Shown: positions 23,909 through 37,142 of the stretch, piece after piece
Position numbering within the stretch: position 1 is the first letter of the stretch
How the letters are laid out: each line of letters begins with the position of its first letter
DNA from: Vitrella brassicaformis CCMP3155
Taxonomy: Eukaryota; Protista; Chromerida
Length of the DNA: 63,788 bases
Direction of reading: 5' to 3'
Assembly (NCBI GenBank): GCA_001179505.1
Contig: CDMY01000209.1
Span: forward strand, 62,001-125,788
The notes under the pieces: generated by a model
What the model saw: the letters and a program-made list of their open reading frames with translations, nothing else
Told to the model about the DNA's origin: nothing
Database searches by the model: none
Translations under genes and position numbers: made by a program

Positions 23909-24551
23909 CAACACATGAGGAGGAGAAGCAATCAGGTGACGCTGATCCTGTTTGCACCTTGCGGAGGAAGGCTTCGACAAACGGCACCGGCCCGTTCTGA
24001 GGCACCAGCACTGCCGTCGTGCCCTCTTCAGCTACCATCGTGTGCAGACGCTTGACTAGTCCATCAATCTGACGACGGACCTGCATGCACAGGCAGGCAA
24101 GTGGACGCGCGCATGACACAATGTCACACAATGCCACTTCACTTACCACCCACCCGGGAAAGCTTCAGATCATTTCTGAAGACAGGGTCGAACACCATCG
24201 CCAGAACAACAGCAGACGGCTTCCTCCCTGCGCACACCACACACAGCCAGAGGGACCAATCTGCCTGTCTGTCCGTCTGTCTGTCTGCCTGCCTGTGGTG
24301 TGCCTGTGTACCCTGCAGCAGCCCCAGGATGTCGGGTTTGTTCTTTTTTTAATGATCCAGGACGGGGCGACTTGTTCAGCGCTCTCCGAGAAGAAAAACC
24401 CGGGGGAGGAGTCAAAGACCAGCACATAGGGGAAGAGCCCAAGACGGGCACAGATCCGGCTGATGATCTGTTCGGCTTTCAGTAAACAGCAAGCAAACAA
24501 ACCTTGCTTCGCTGCTGGATGGCGCCTCTTGCAACACACCCAGACGCTCAT
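23446..24551 (-). CDS. Class I glutamine amidotransferase-like family protein, paralogue C; start uncertain
   Basis: YVLVFDSSPGFFFSES...LHTMVAEEGTTAVLVPQ...LPWERSEYERTSFYRT...GDVNAEESSIQVIADLLKQG*. Confidence 0.75.
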
Positions 24552-25013
24552 CTCGAGAGGCCTTGAATCAGACCGGTTACGCGGAAAGATCTCTTGTGGG
24601 TGAAATAATAGGAAATAGTGACAAGTCGACATGCGAAATGTTCCTGACTTTTTCGCTTGCTGTGCGCTGCATGCGGAATCCGGATGTATGTGCAGACACG
24701 ATGGACTTCTCATTTGCAGCATATGTTGGATTTGTGCAACACTCTGCAAATGAGGCAGCCAATATGCCCGCACAAGCACCCCAGACACGCACGCGCAGTG
24801 AAGGAAACACCATCTTTCTCGGATTGACATGCACAGATATATCCACGCCACACAAAAGGGCAAAAGCACCCTTGCACCCATCACACGTTCACACGACATG
24901 TACCCGCCGGACACCAATGAGAAAGGCGAGCATGTGGGGGAAAACCATACTCGGTCGGTCGCAGACACAGACACAGACAAGGACACGGACACGCAATTCT
25001 TTCACAAATGCAG

Positions 25014-28000
25014 TCAGCCGCCTCCCTTCTTCTTGGCCAGGAGAGCCTCACGGATCTGCAGACACCAAGGAATACACGCAACACGCACACGGCCAAGCTA
25101 TGAATGTATTTCTGACCGTCATTGTGCCGACTGAATGTTGTCCCTCCCTCCCTCCCTCAAGTACTGACCTCCTTGAATCTTGCGAGGCATTCCTTTTTGT
25201 TTTTGCCGGGCACGTCAGCGGCGATGGCCGTCCACCGCTCGTTCACATCTATGCTCGATGGATGCTTGGACAAAGCACGCTCCAACGCCTACCAATACAC
25301 ACACCCAACGCATCCAAACTGTGCTCGCCCGTCGTGCTGCTGTGCCCCTCTCTCTCTAGGTGTTGTGTGTGTACCTGTTGTTGGTCGGCAGTCCATTCAG
25401 CTGCAGGGGCGCTCTCAGCAGCAGCGGGGGCTTGCTTCCCATCTGCCTGTGTTGGTGGTGCTGCCTGTGAGGGCCCGGACGCGCCGTTGACGCTGGCTGA
25501 CGACGACGATGCCGACGCTGATGGGGCCGCCGCTGTTGTGGTATCGTCGTCGAGTCTCTGGTCGGCGGGCGCTTCGATTTTTTTGAATGCGCCCTTGTTG
25601 TGCTGCATGAACTGGTTGAAGGCCACCTGGTCGAGCTTGGACCCCATCGACTTGAGCGTCTGGCCCTGAGACATCTCCTTGGTCTTCTCGATCACCTACA
25701 CACACACACACACACACGCAGAGAGAGAGAGAGAGAGAGAGAGAGAACGCGCAATTGAGTGGATGGGTGGATAGAGATTTACCTCTTCGGGCGTCTTGGT
25801 GCCGATCATGGCTGCGATGAGTTGCCAGCGCCTGGCGGTGCCGCCAGGGTGCTTCTGAAGCCCCTTGGCGAGCATCGACAGCTCGTCCGGCGTCCAGTCG
25901 CTCTTCTGCGCTGCGCGACGCGCCTCCTCCGCTGCCTTGCGCTGAGCCTGCAGACAGCAGAAACGGCAAAAGAATGCGATGAGTGGGTGGGCGATGTATG
26001 GATGTGGGATTGGTGACATGACCTACCTCCTGCTGGATGGCCTTTTGCCTTTTGGCGTCTTCTTCCCTTTGCCTTTCCTCCATCATGACGTCGATCTCGG
26101 CGTTGATCAGACCACCCACACACTCACCCAGACCTGCATGGCACACAACAGAAGAGCAGAGGTTGAATAAACAGCGAACATCGGTGCGCGCGTCTGTGTC
26201 GTCGCATCTCACCCTGTGCGTGTTCGCCGCCCCTCTCCTCGATGGCGCGTTCGATCGCGTCGCACAGCTGCTGTATTTTGTCGAGGGCGAGGTGTGGGAC
26301 GAGGTCGCCGAACCGCACCACGTCCACCAGCTGCTCGCTGTACGTGCTGTTGTACTTGCGCAGCCTCTGACGCCTGCAGCACACAAAAAGAGGCAGGGAG
26401 AAGAGGAATGGATGGATGGAGGTGGGGAGACTGGTGATGGTTCCTGGTAAACAAACAGACCGACTGACTGACCATTGCTTGAGGTGTTCCTTTTCGGCTT
26501 TCCGCTTGTCCCGCTCGGCCTTCTCCTGCTCCTCACGACGAAGCCGCTCCTCGTGCTCGAGACGCCTGAAGGCATACATGAATAAACGGATGCAGGCAGC
26601 TGGTGGATGGGTGCATTCACTGCCGTAGCTGTGTGTCGTGTGCGCACCTCTTTTCTTCCTCCGCCTTCCTGACTTTTTCCTTCTCCTCCTCGATGGCCCG
26701 CCTGCGCGCGTCTTTCTCGTCCTGGCGCTTCTTCCTGGCGGCCTCCTTCTCTGCCAAGATGCGGGGATCCCTGAATGAGGAAAAGAGACCACACGTGGAG
26801 GGGTTCAGGGGTGATGGTATAGGGCTGTGTGTGGGCTGGGGAGGGGGGGAGGGCTGGGGGGGTTACCTGCTGTATGCGAGTTCGACGAGCTTCTGTATGC
26901 GCTGTTTGTCCTCCTTCTCGTACTTCTTCCGGATCTTGGCGTTCTGACGCTCCATCCACCTAACACACACACACACACACAGGTGTGCAAATGGATGCGC
27001 ATGTGTCTGTCTGCCAGCTGCTCACTCACCTCCGCTCCTCCCTGAACTCGGCGTCGTTGAGGTCGAATTCGTCGTGGATGGAGAAGTCCCGCCACGAGTC
27101 GAACTCGTACCAAAAGTCGTAGAACCGGCGCACCAGCTTCATGTCCGTCGACGAGTCACCAAGCGACTGCACACACCACCCACACACACACACACAACAG
27201 CAAATACACCAGAGTAGACTGACACACCGTGTTGGCTCATGTGTGGACTCACCGGCACTGGTCTCCGTGTGGACCACTTGGCGTTTCGCTCGAACACGGG
27301 CCGCAGCACATCGAAGAAATCAGCAGAGACGAAATCTCTGGCGCCGGGGATCTCATCGTCGAAGGGCAGCGCAGAGTCGTACGCGCGACGCATATCGGGA
27401 TCTGACCACAGCCACATCCACAACCACGTACAGCACAACCACACCGCCTCTCTGCATGTGTGCCTGTCCATCTGACTCACCACTGAGAACCTCATACGCC
27501 TCCTGCAGCTGCAGAAACTTCATTTTGAGCTCCTCGGCAGCGTCGCCCTCCCCCTCATCCCCATCGCCACCGCCACTGTCAGCCCTGTTCTTGTCCGGGT
27601 GGTACACGAGCGCCAGCCGTCGGTATGCCTTGCGGACATCCTCGCTGGTGCATCCCTCCGAGACCTCCAGGATGCGGTAGAGGTTGGGCCCGTCCACCAC
27701 CCGATGCAGGAGGTCCTTGCACCCGCCAGGCTGACGCTTCTTCTTCTTCCACGAATCCTGAAACGAACAAACGAACGATCACATGTACGCGATGTCACAG
27801 GAAAGATCTTTCGCACATGCATCAGTCGCCGTGCCGCTCACCTCTTCCTGTGCGTCGTCGTTGCTTCCCTCGTCGTCGTCGTCATCTCTGTCCTCCTCTC
27901 TGCTCTTCCTCCTCTTGGCCTCGCACAGCGGCCTGTCGTGCACCTCGAAGAAGGCACGGCCGGCGTTCTCGAGGCAGCGGGTGGCCGTGCACACACTCAG

Positions 28001-28054
28001 ATACACCGCCGAGCCCTCCGTGAAGGACGGATCTGGCGGAGGCAAACACAGCAT
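25014..28054 (-). CDS. DNAJC2: DNAJC2 / MPP11 / zuotin-related ribosome-associated chaperone (J domain plus two SANT/Myb domains)
   Basis: J domain (LYRILEV...YHPDK), zuotin homology region ([16 protein letters not shown]...WMERQNAK), SANT1 ([28 protein letters not shown]) and SANT2 (WTADQQQ...[13 protein letters not shown]). Confidence 0.93.
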
Positions 28055-28176
28055 CTCTCGGACCAGATAAGATGGGTGAAGAAGATCTGAATCGCTGGCT
28101 GTCAACACAGTTGTAGCCAGTTGGGGTTATGCGTGGTGTAGCGGTCGTCCTTCTTCTTTTCCTGCTGACGTCTGAC

Positions 28177-28215
28177 GCGAGCTTAGCTCGCAGCCCTTTT
28201 TGCGAGCTTCTCGCA
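28177..28215. promoter_or_regulatory. Two palindromic versions of the AGCTCGCA motif in the DNAJC2 / PH-gene bidirectional promoter
   Basis: GCGAGCT-T-AGCTCGC (28177-28191) and TGCGAG-CTT-CTCGCA (28201-28215), between ATGs at 28054 and 28293. Confidence 0.6.
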
Positions 28216-28292
28216 TGGGAAATCAATGCGTGTTTTTGAGCCTCAGTTCCGCGCCTATCTCACCCAGGACAGGGCCTCACCCGTTGAACACT

Positions 28293-31196
28293 ATGGTGCA
28301 AAAGATCCACATGCGCTGGGGGGAGACGGCGTTGTGTGAGTCATGCGGTTTTGCTGAATGCAGGCTATCTTCTCGAGTATAATGGTCAGCTGGACGAGGG
28401 CGGCGAGGCTGCCTTGAGAGATCCCCACCAATGGCAGAAGCGGTGGTTCCATCTCAAGGTGCAAAGACGAGGGGCGTCTCAGCCACACATTCTCGTGTCT
28501 CTCGGTGCAGGGCAACCTCCTGTTTGTGTGCGACTCGCACACCCAGCTGACGAATCTAGCGTGCCTGCTGCTCGAAGGGTGCCAAATCAGCAAGAAAGAT
28601 CTACTGGAGGAGGAACATCCCTACGGTATCAGACGAAAGCAGACGCATGCACGCTGTTCTCCACAATTTTCCCCTCCTTACAGGCCTTTCATTCGAGTGG
28701 CATGACGACGCCATTCAGCTCTTCTCCCTCAGTGACCAGCCGAACGATCGGGACGCCTGGTTTGCGGCATTGGAAAGGTGTACACTGACCTACTGCCACG
28801 GCCGGCTGACGTCTGCCACTGAGCGGCTGAAGGACGAGGAGGAAGCTGCTGCCCGTCTGTTGAGGGAGAACAGGGCGCTGACGCGTGAGTGCCGGTCGCT
28901 GCGGAGCCAGATCGCGTGCAATCGGCAGGGGCAGATGGTGCGCATGTGCGACGGAACAGAACACGAGAGGTGACACACAGAGACACACACAGAGAGAGAC
29001 GTAGAGTAGATGCGAAAGCGTCCTTCCGTGTTGTGATGCAGGCTGATTGGCCGTGTCCTGGAGCTAGAACAGCAACTGGATGACATCCAGCATAGCGGAC
29101 AGGCGGCGTGGCACGAGCCAACAATGCCACCACCACCACTATCGAAGGAGCAGCTGCTCTCCCAGGCTCTGCAGCAGTCACACGAGAAGGTCATTCGCCT
29201 CCACCGGATTTGCCGCAACTTTACTCACCACCTGGCTCCCCCGGTGGCTGCTGAGGTCTCCTTCCTCCTCGATAATATCAGCACGGACACCCCAGCTTTA
29301 CCACTGCAGAGGACACAACCTGTTGTTGCCTTGGTGCAACCGATAACCCCGCCTTACTACCAGCCGACGGCACACACGCTATCAGCAGAAATGCAGATGC
29401 CGATCTACAGTGGCCAGACACAAACGTTTGTCCCTCCTCCCGTGGCAGCAACCGGCCCATCGCCATCGGTGACCCACCTGCACACCGGCTCTCTATCGTC
29501 CCCTCCTGCGCCACCAGCCGTGTCTCGACAGCCGCCCTCCACGCCTCAGTGGGGGTCGTGTCTCCCCGACCTCTCCCCATGTATCTACCCGAGAGAAGAG
29601 GCAGCCGCCGCACCCGAAGCCCTCTCGTTCAGCCTCCTGCCCCAACCTGCGCCAAGAAATGTGCCTGTGCTGCCGGAAGTCACCCCTTCCCACCCCAGCA
29701 ACATTCGACAGATGATGGCAGGCGCAACGCAGGAAGACAGAGGCGGGACAAAGGTGTCCTCTCCTTTCGTGGATAGTGGCGGGGATCCGGAGAGTGCGGA
29801 GGACGGCACGAGGAGCGATCCTGTGACGGGGCAGCCTGTGAGAGCGCAAATAGAGCCGGATCGATGGCAGCAGACTGGGTTAGATGAAGAGCTGGAAGTC
29901 GACAAGGAAGAGGCGGAAACACGGGACATTCGACCAACGCGAGACAGGGAACGACCAACCACAGCCGACGATCACCACAGAAGAGAGCCGACGGGGGCTG
30001 GCACTCGGCCTTCATCTCCCCCTCAACCCAAGCGTCCGGCTAAAGACCGCCCTCCTCTCCCGAAATCGAGGCCGCCGCCGAAGCACCCTCCACCTCGCAC
30101 CACAGCCCCTGATCGGCCTGCCACCGCCTCATCGCCACCACGGAGACGGCAAGACGACGCCAATGAGACACTGGTCTCACGACCAGCAGCTGATTCGGAT
30201 CGCCAGTCGATGAGAAGGGGCGATCATGTTGAAGGTAGGAGGCGCCATGGAGAGCGAGAAGAAGAAAGAGAGCAGCACTCGCATGAAGAGTTGGACTATC
30301 GAGAGCCGTCAAGCGAGGAGACTGGTGAAAGCGAAATTTCTCAAGTGAGACATGAAGGACGCCGGCCTGGTACCTCGATTCGCCATGAGCACAGAAGAGG
30401 AGAACAAGGCAGGGAGCAGCGGAGTGACCAGGACAGCCAGTACAGCGGCAGCTACAGCTATGGCCATCCACATGAGCGGCGGAGGCAGGACAAGCGCATG
30501 CAAAAGAAACCATCGCATCCGGAAGATGAGCCCGCGACACAAGAGAGCCACCAGGGAAGGAGAACCATGGCGGACAAGAGGACCACCGCTAAGGAGAGGA
30601 AACCATCTCGCCGCCGTCACACTGGTCCTGCAGCCTTTCCCAGCGAGCCGCCGGCCCTCGAGCACATGCGCACCTTCCCCCCTGATGAACTGAAGCAAGT
30701 GCAACCGCCCGTCGGCGGAGGGCAGGAGTTCATGACTGTCCACATGCCGACATTCACTTCCCTCCTCGCCGAGCTCAACAAGACCAAGAAGCCGTCAGGA
30801 CGAGACAAGAAGGAAGACAAGAAGAAGACGCGAAAGGAAAGCCCCGCTGTTGTGCAAGTGGACCAGCAAATGCCCCCACTCTTGTGGACAGGGGGAGACG
30901 AGCAGCAAGCAGAGAGGCCGGCTCTGCCATCCACCCCGCCACCAGCACTCATCCAGGAAACCCAGCCGCCTCTTGTCCACGCCCCAGCGAGCCAATCATG
31001 GGACCGCTTCTCTGTGAGGTTCTCCCCTACTGATGATACCCACATGCAGCCCAACCAATGGAAGAGGGGAAAGGGGACACAGACGGGGCGTGCCGATGTG
31101 CAGCTGGTGGGTGTGGGGGGCAGCGACGGGTGTGTGTGGAGGAGGCCGCCTGATGCGAGTGGCTGTACGAGGACACATCTGCTGTGGGCGCAGTGA
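28293..31196 (+). CDS. PH-domain protein with a coiled coil and a long Pro/Arg/Glu-rich disordered tail
   Basis: YLLEYNG...WQKRWFHLK|...LACLLLEGCQI...DRDAWFAALERC (PH signature), then a heptad-like segment and the 690-aa low-complexity ORF 29124-31196. Confidence 0.75.
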
Positions 31197-31411
31197 ACTT
31201 GATTGGGTGGAGCTCTTCATCTCCTTGTGCGAGAAGGTGTGGGCGTGTATGCGTGTGGCTGTGTATGTATGTGCTTTTGTGTACATAGAGACTGACAGTA
31301 TATTTGTAGCTGCCAGTGATGGGACTGGGACAACCTTAATGGCCAAGTCATGGCCAAGTCAATGAATGAATGCTTCGTGGTCTCTTTCGATGGCCAGACG
31401 CCGCACAGAAC

Positions 31412-32513
31412 CTAATATGCGAAGAAGCCACCCATGACATTCCGGGAGTAGCCTGACGTGGCACAAGAGGACAAGCGGCGGTGTGTTTTCGTCTCGCATC
31501 CATGCGTGTGCGTGTGTGTGGGTACCGGGGTTGGTATTCCTCGAGTGCAGATCGCCATCGATGCGGCCCTTCACCTCACCACTCGTGTGACTTATGATCA
31601 GCTGCACATTCAAGCGCACACACAACACCGAAACATCACCAGCCAAGCCAGACACAAGTGTCCGTGTCTCTCTGAGTCTGACCGGTGTGCTTGGCTTGAG
31701 CCCCTTGTCGCAGTCCACAAATGTGCCGTGCAGTGGGATCCTTTGTCCCGTCGACCGAGGGGCAGGCGACTTGTCGGCCAACACGCGGGGGCCGAAAGGC
31801 GTCAGCGGCGCCGAACCGGGACGAGCTGCAGGACCATAAGAGAAACACAGGTTGCGCTGAGGAGACGGTGTCTCGCTTCTTTTTACCGCAGTAGTGGGGT
31901 TTCAGGAAGCGTCTCGCCGCGTGTGTGGAGTGGTAGAGCTGCCCCATCCCCGCACCACCAGTGTTCGGCTGAGCTCCCGCAAACACACTCGACAACATTC
32001 GCTTCTCCACAGTGTTCTTCCAATTCTGAACGATCGCCACCCCAGTGACCGCACTCAGTCTGCGAACATTGCTCTGTACGGGCAGCGTTTCTTTTGCACC
32101 TTGAGCGTGACGGTCCCCTGCCGGTAGCAGTCGCCCTGCGTCCCTTTGTACCGATAGTGATAGAAGGGGTACCTGACGTAAAACCACGACATTCAGCCGC
32201 TTTCACCTGAGCATGACCGACATTGACTCACTCGGAGCGATGGAAGTGGCCGTAGTCCGAGCCCAGGAAAGCATGGGGATTGAAGTGTCCCGAGCCGAAT
32301 CCCTCCTCTCCCCACTCATAGGGCAGCGTGTCGTGGATGGCAGGCTTCAGAACTGCTGTCACAGAGATGGAGTCACAGAAATGGGGCATGCCGAGTGGAC
32401 GTTGTGATGACGTCAGGTGACTCACACTCTGGTTGGGTGGCGTTGAGGTCCATAGCCTCTTGGTGGACAGCAGCAGTTGCACCAAGTGCATTATCCTCCG
32501 CAGCGGACGGCAT
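31412..32513 (-). CDS. Small multi-exon protein with a CFAP276/C1orf194-like C-terminus (putative ciliary microtubule inner protein)
   Basis: Exons join in phase to end ...GEVKGRIDGDLHSRNTNP|GYSRNVMGGFFAY*, resembling the remembered CFAP276 terminus (HtaaTNgGYSRkkDGGFF). Confidence 0.55.
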
Positions 32514-32586
32514 TGCGAAGACGAGGCTCAACCGAGGGAAAATTGGCCCCGAGAGGATCGCATAAATTGGGGCCCGGGAGACGGGG

Positions 32587-35500
32587 ATGTTGGGCTTCCT
32601 GCACGGCCGGCGGACTCCCCGACTGCAGGGCAATGAGGGCGGGGGCAGGGGAGACGGCCCCAGCCGCCCCAGCCGCCCCAGCGGTGTTGAGGAGGTGTGC
32701 TACATCCAGCTGCCGAGAGTCGACGACGGCGACGCTGCCGCACAGCAGGCCATCCACCACACACAGACGGGCCATCCCGAGGTCACCTTGCAGTGCTCCT
32801 AGCGCATCTCTGTGTGTGTGGCCATCGGCCTCTGATGTCTGTGTCCCTCCCTCCCTCAATGCATTGCAGATGTCAGCGTCGGCCTCGAGTGACCAGGTCC
32901 CTCTGCTGCAGGACGATGAACAGGGGCTGATGGAGCCCCAGCTGCCGGACGTCGCCGATGACATCATCGAGGCACCGAGACGCATCGAACAGGTGTGATG
33001 GTCTGGTGCCGAGAGCGGCACGAGAACACACTCATGAGATGTCTCTCGGACGTCTGTGTGTCATCTGCAGGTCCCCCTGGTGGGTGCCCCGGCCGTCGAC
33101 GATTGGAAACCGACGGAAGACCTGAGAGACAGCATCGCAAAGGCCATTGATGAATCAGATGCGGAAGGCCTGCGGAAGGCCCTTGCCGGTCTGTCGCCTG
33201 AGCAAGCCGAGAGAGCGTTGACGACTGGATACTGGATCGGCGGCGACTCTGCCATCCACTATACCGCAAGTACGTGGACACAGATGATGCAACCACGTGG
33301 TCCCTGTATGTGCTTCACAGGGATGTGTAAGGATGTGGAGGTCTTTAGTGTCTTGCTGCACAACCGACGCCACCTGCTCAACCTGAAAAGTGATGCTCAG
33401 GTATCATACTCGCTGATTATACTCATTCTGCCATCAGCCGATCGATGTGTCCACAACAATCTTCATGTAGGATGCTGGGACACCTCTCCATTACGCAGCA
33501 GGGAGCGGGTCAGTTGGTATTGTGGAGAAGTTTGTCGAGTGGGGCGGACAGGAGCTGCTGGAGGCTCGGACCAAGAGGGTAAGGGTGAGGGAATGTCGAC
33601 TGGTGCATTGGACAGCACGTGTCTTGCTCATGCTGTATGTGGCTCAGTTTGGCAACACGCCTTTTCATTCGGCAGCAGGTCAGCCACAGGTGCATGAGTC
33701 TTCAATGTGTCCCTTTGCACTCTCCTGCAGGGAAGGGCAATGCCGATGTGGTGGCGGTGATGTTGCCAATGAATCCACAGCTCTTGAAGATCAAAACAAT
33801 GTAGGCTGCACCTATCAAGCTATGTGTCGCTGTTGTCCCTGCACGTATATCTGACAGGACGGACGGACGCCTCTCGATGTTGCCCTTCGATGCCACCCGT
33901 CAGTCGTCGTAGCGATGCTTGTCGTGGCTGGAGACGTGGTCATGGAGCTGCTCGAGCGAGGCGTGAACATGGAATATGCGTCAGCAGAGCGTCTTGATGA
34001 GGTGGTGCCCTTCGCGAAGGGGTTCCTGAAGGACCACTCTGAGTCGCTGGGCCTCGACAGCCTTCGCTGCTGTGCCGTATTCCGCAAGCTGATGAAGTCA
34101 CGACCGAAGGACTCACTCACAGAGTGAGATCGAACGAAGAGAAGGGGACAGCGCGAAGGATTGGGTTTTTCGTTCTTCCTATTTTATTCTTCGTGCAGTG
34201 ACTTTGAGAAGACTTCCAACTGGCAGGAAGTACACAATGACAAAAACGCACAATAGCCTTCACCCCCGCATTGATTGTCCAATCGGTTCAGGCGCTCACA
34301 GCCAATTTCTGCAGCGATACATCAGACGGGACCTTCCAAATGTCACTTGAAGGCAAAGAGAGAGAGTGGTTTGCGGCGCTGGAGTCGGCAGAGCCTCTGA
34401 CTGTGGTCACCCAAGGTAAGCCGCCCAAGAGACCTCCTCGTCTCTCTGTCAGTCCGCTCACGCCTCCTTCTTTCCTCTGCTGCCAATAATTGTGACAGCC
34501 AACTGCATCTCTCTTGTCACATGTCATTGGAACAAAGAATACGGAAACTGGAGCGTCAAATTGTCACCCCGTGATGTCTTCATCAGCCGCGTGCTGTCAA
34601 TGCTCCTGATGTAAGACTGCAACCATTTGTAAAGAGACCCGCGGCGTGTCTGTCTGTGTGTGCTGCAGGGTAGCCTTTGTGCTGCTGCACATCGAGTCGA
34701 TCAAGGGAGACAGCGGCATGACGATGGCGGCGGAGTGGCCGCAGGTGTGGCTGTGGGGGACAGTGCTGACCGGCAGCGGATTCATCCTCCTGGAAACTTT
34801 CCAAGTAAGACAGATCAGATGAGACATGTCGGACTTATCAACAATGACATGTGTCGTCCTTTGTGTGCCCTCTTTGTGTGCTTGTATAGGGCATCCGGCT
34901 TAAGGCAGCATACTGGGCCGACTCATGGTACGCGTCGGGCGTGCTAAGCTCACCGTGCAGGGGACTTCATTTGTGGACTGTCGGACATAGGAACTTTGTG
35001 GACTTCCTGAGCTCCGTGTCCATCGTCGCCTTCGTTGCCATCCACTTCATGGGCTGGTCAATAGAGGCAGAGGTCGGCTCAGGGATCGTCATAGCGCTGC
35101 TGTTTGCGCTGCGCCTCCTCCAAACGGCCAGCCTGCACCCAAGCGTGGGACCACTCATACTGTCAGTGAGAGAGACAAAGACACACTGACAGACAGATGT
35201 CATGTCTGATGTTGTGTGTGATGGATGTGTGTGTCAGTGCGGTCGTGAGGATGTTTTCGGACATCAGCATGTTTCTGTGTCTGTACGTCTACATCCTGCT
35301 GGTCTTCGCGGTCGTCTTCACCCTCTTCTCGTCCTACGAAGACCACCAGTACTTCGGCTCCTTCGCCAAAGCCACACTCACACTGTACTCAATGACATCG
35401 ACACACACAGAGAGAGAGCGCGCCAGTCGCCATGCTGTTGGTTGGTTGGCTGCATTCCATTAGTTTCTACGCGGGTCTTGGCGACTTCACTGAGGCGCTG

Positions 35501-37140
35501 AACAACGCCATCGAGAGCCACGACACGCTGGGGACCGCCCTGCTGTTCACATACGTCATCCTCTCCTCAATCATACTCGTACGTGAAGACCACTCACGCA
35601 CTCAGTCACCAGTGGACAAGCCACACACTGTGGATGACTCCCTGTCTTTCTCTCTCTCTCTCCGTATCAATAGCTCAACCTGCTCATCGCCATTATGGTG
35701 GGACACAACACAAGGAACACCCCGCGTGCTCCTGTCTGTGTGTCTGTATGTCTGTATGTCTGTCTGTGTCAGGCGTCGACGTATGCGGCCATCGAGGAGA
35801 CACAAACCGGCCAATACCAGTAGGCGACAAGGGGACACAACCGACAAGAAAGACACGCCGGGGAGACAGACGACAGACAAAGAGATGTCAGCGGGACAGC
35901 GATACATAATAGCTCTCTCTCTCTCCGCTCGTGAATGACTGAGTGCAGGCTGATGCGCATTCGCGTGTTGAATGAGTACCTCACAATGCCGCAGCACGAG
36001 CGCCTGCCGCCGCCATTCAACCTCATCGGTCGGTGCGACCGACAAGAGACATCAACTGCAGCCATCACCGTGAGCATGATCTGTGTCTGTGCAGCTGTGG
36101 TCGTGTCGCAGCCCCTGCGCTATGTCGCCTCCCTCATCAGCGGACATCAGTCGGCACTCTGCCGCATTGCCTTCTGGTCGATGAGGGCTGTGTACTCCAC
36201 CATCGATGCGCTCCTGAGCGCTGTCGCCTTCACACCCGCAGCCATCTATCGTCAACTGGAGGAGCTTCAACTAGCGATACGATTCCGAGACGACTGGATT
36301 GCAGTCCGCATGTTTCTTCGCATCCTCTTGATGCCCTTGTATCTTCTGTACGATTACGTCACATCAGCAGAGGTGAGTCATCTGAAATCAGAATTTTGTA
36401 TCCAGCGATGGGATTTTGTCCAATTTCTTCCCTTGAAAGGAATCTTCCGAAGAAAGTGAGGAGGTAAAAGCTTCGAGAGCCGAAAGGAGGCGCGAAACAC
36501 ACAGTTGGCATAAAGCCACCAAAAGCTTCGATAAGTGGATGGAGGCTGCGGATCATCACGACTCCCACTTCCCTGACGTCATGGCAGGTGAGACAGAGAC
36601 TGTCACAGCCTGCCAACTGTGCCTCTTTCGGTGCTCTGCAGCCCTCAAACACTTTCAGGACAAGAATCAGTCTTCTCAATCCGAGACGCTGTCAGGTGAC
36701 AATGACAGTTTTAACAAGACAAACCAGTCATCTCTGCCTTGCTGTGTCTGTACCTCAGTCTTGAAGAGGATTGATGAGCGGCAGACGAAGATGGAGGAAC
36801 GGCAAATGGAGATGGACGCGCGATTGAAGAAGATTGAGAACAAGGTGGGATAGGAGGGGACACAGCGACTCCATGGCTGTTCGGCATGGCAAACGCACAC
36901 ACGGAGACTGGAGGGTGCAGCCACAGAAGACAGATGGACAGAGAGAGATGAGACGAGAATAAATACATTTATGTAATGTACCCTGGGTGGATGGAAAACC
37001 TGCGTATGCCAAGAAATGTGCAAACGATATAATATCTACCACTCCCTTTTGCTGCAGATTCGATTTGTTGCATTCGGAGACGCCTTTAATCTAGCCTTCC
37101 CAAGCATTATATCACTCTACATCACTCTCCATTTCGTCTG
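32587..37140 (+). CDS. Ankyrin-repeat TRP-family cation channel; start (32587 or 32869) and last exon uncertain
   Basis: Ankyrins (GTPLHYAA, GNTPFHSAA, GRTPLDVA). S4-S6 region LRLLQTASLHPSVGPLILSV|VRMFSDI...FGSFAKATLTL|FYAGLGDF...IILLNLLIAIM|ASTYAAI, followed by LPPPFNLI and a C-terminal coiled coil. Confidence 0.88.
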
Positions 37141-37142
37141 AA

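Noticed and set aside
24563-26959. Long ORFs 24563-25669 (+) and 25415-26959 (-) as separate genes
   Set aside because: They are antisense or alternative-frame shadows of the DNAJC2 exons and read through microsatellite introns.
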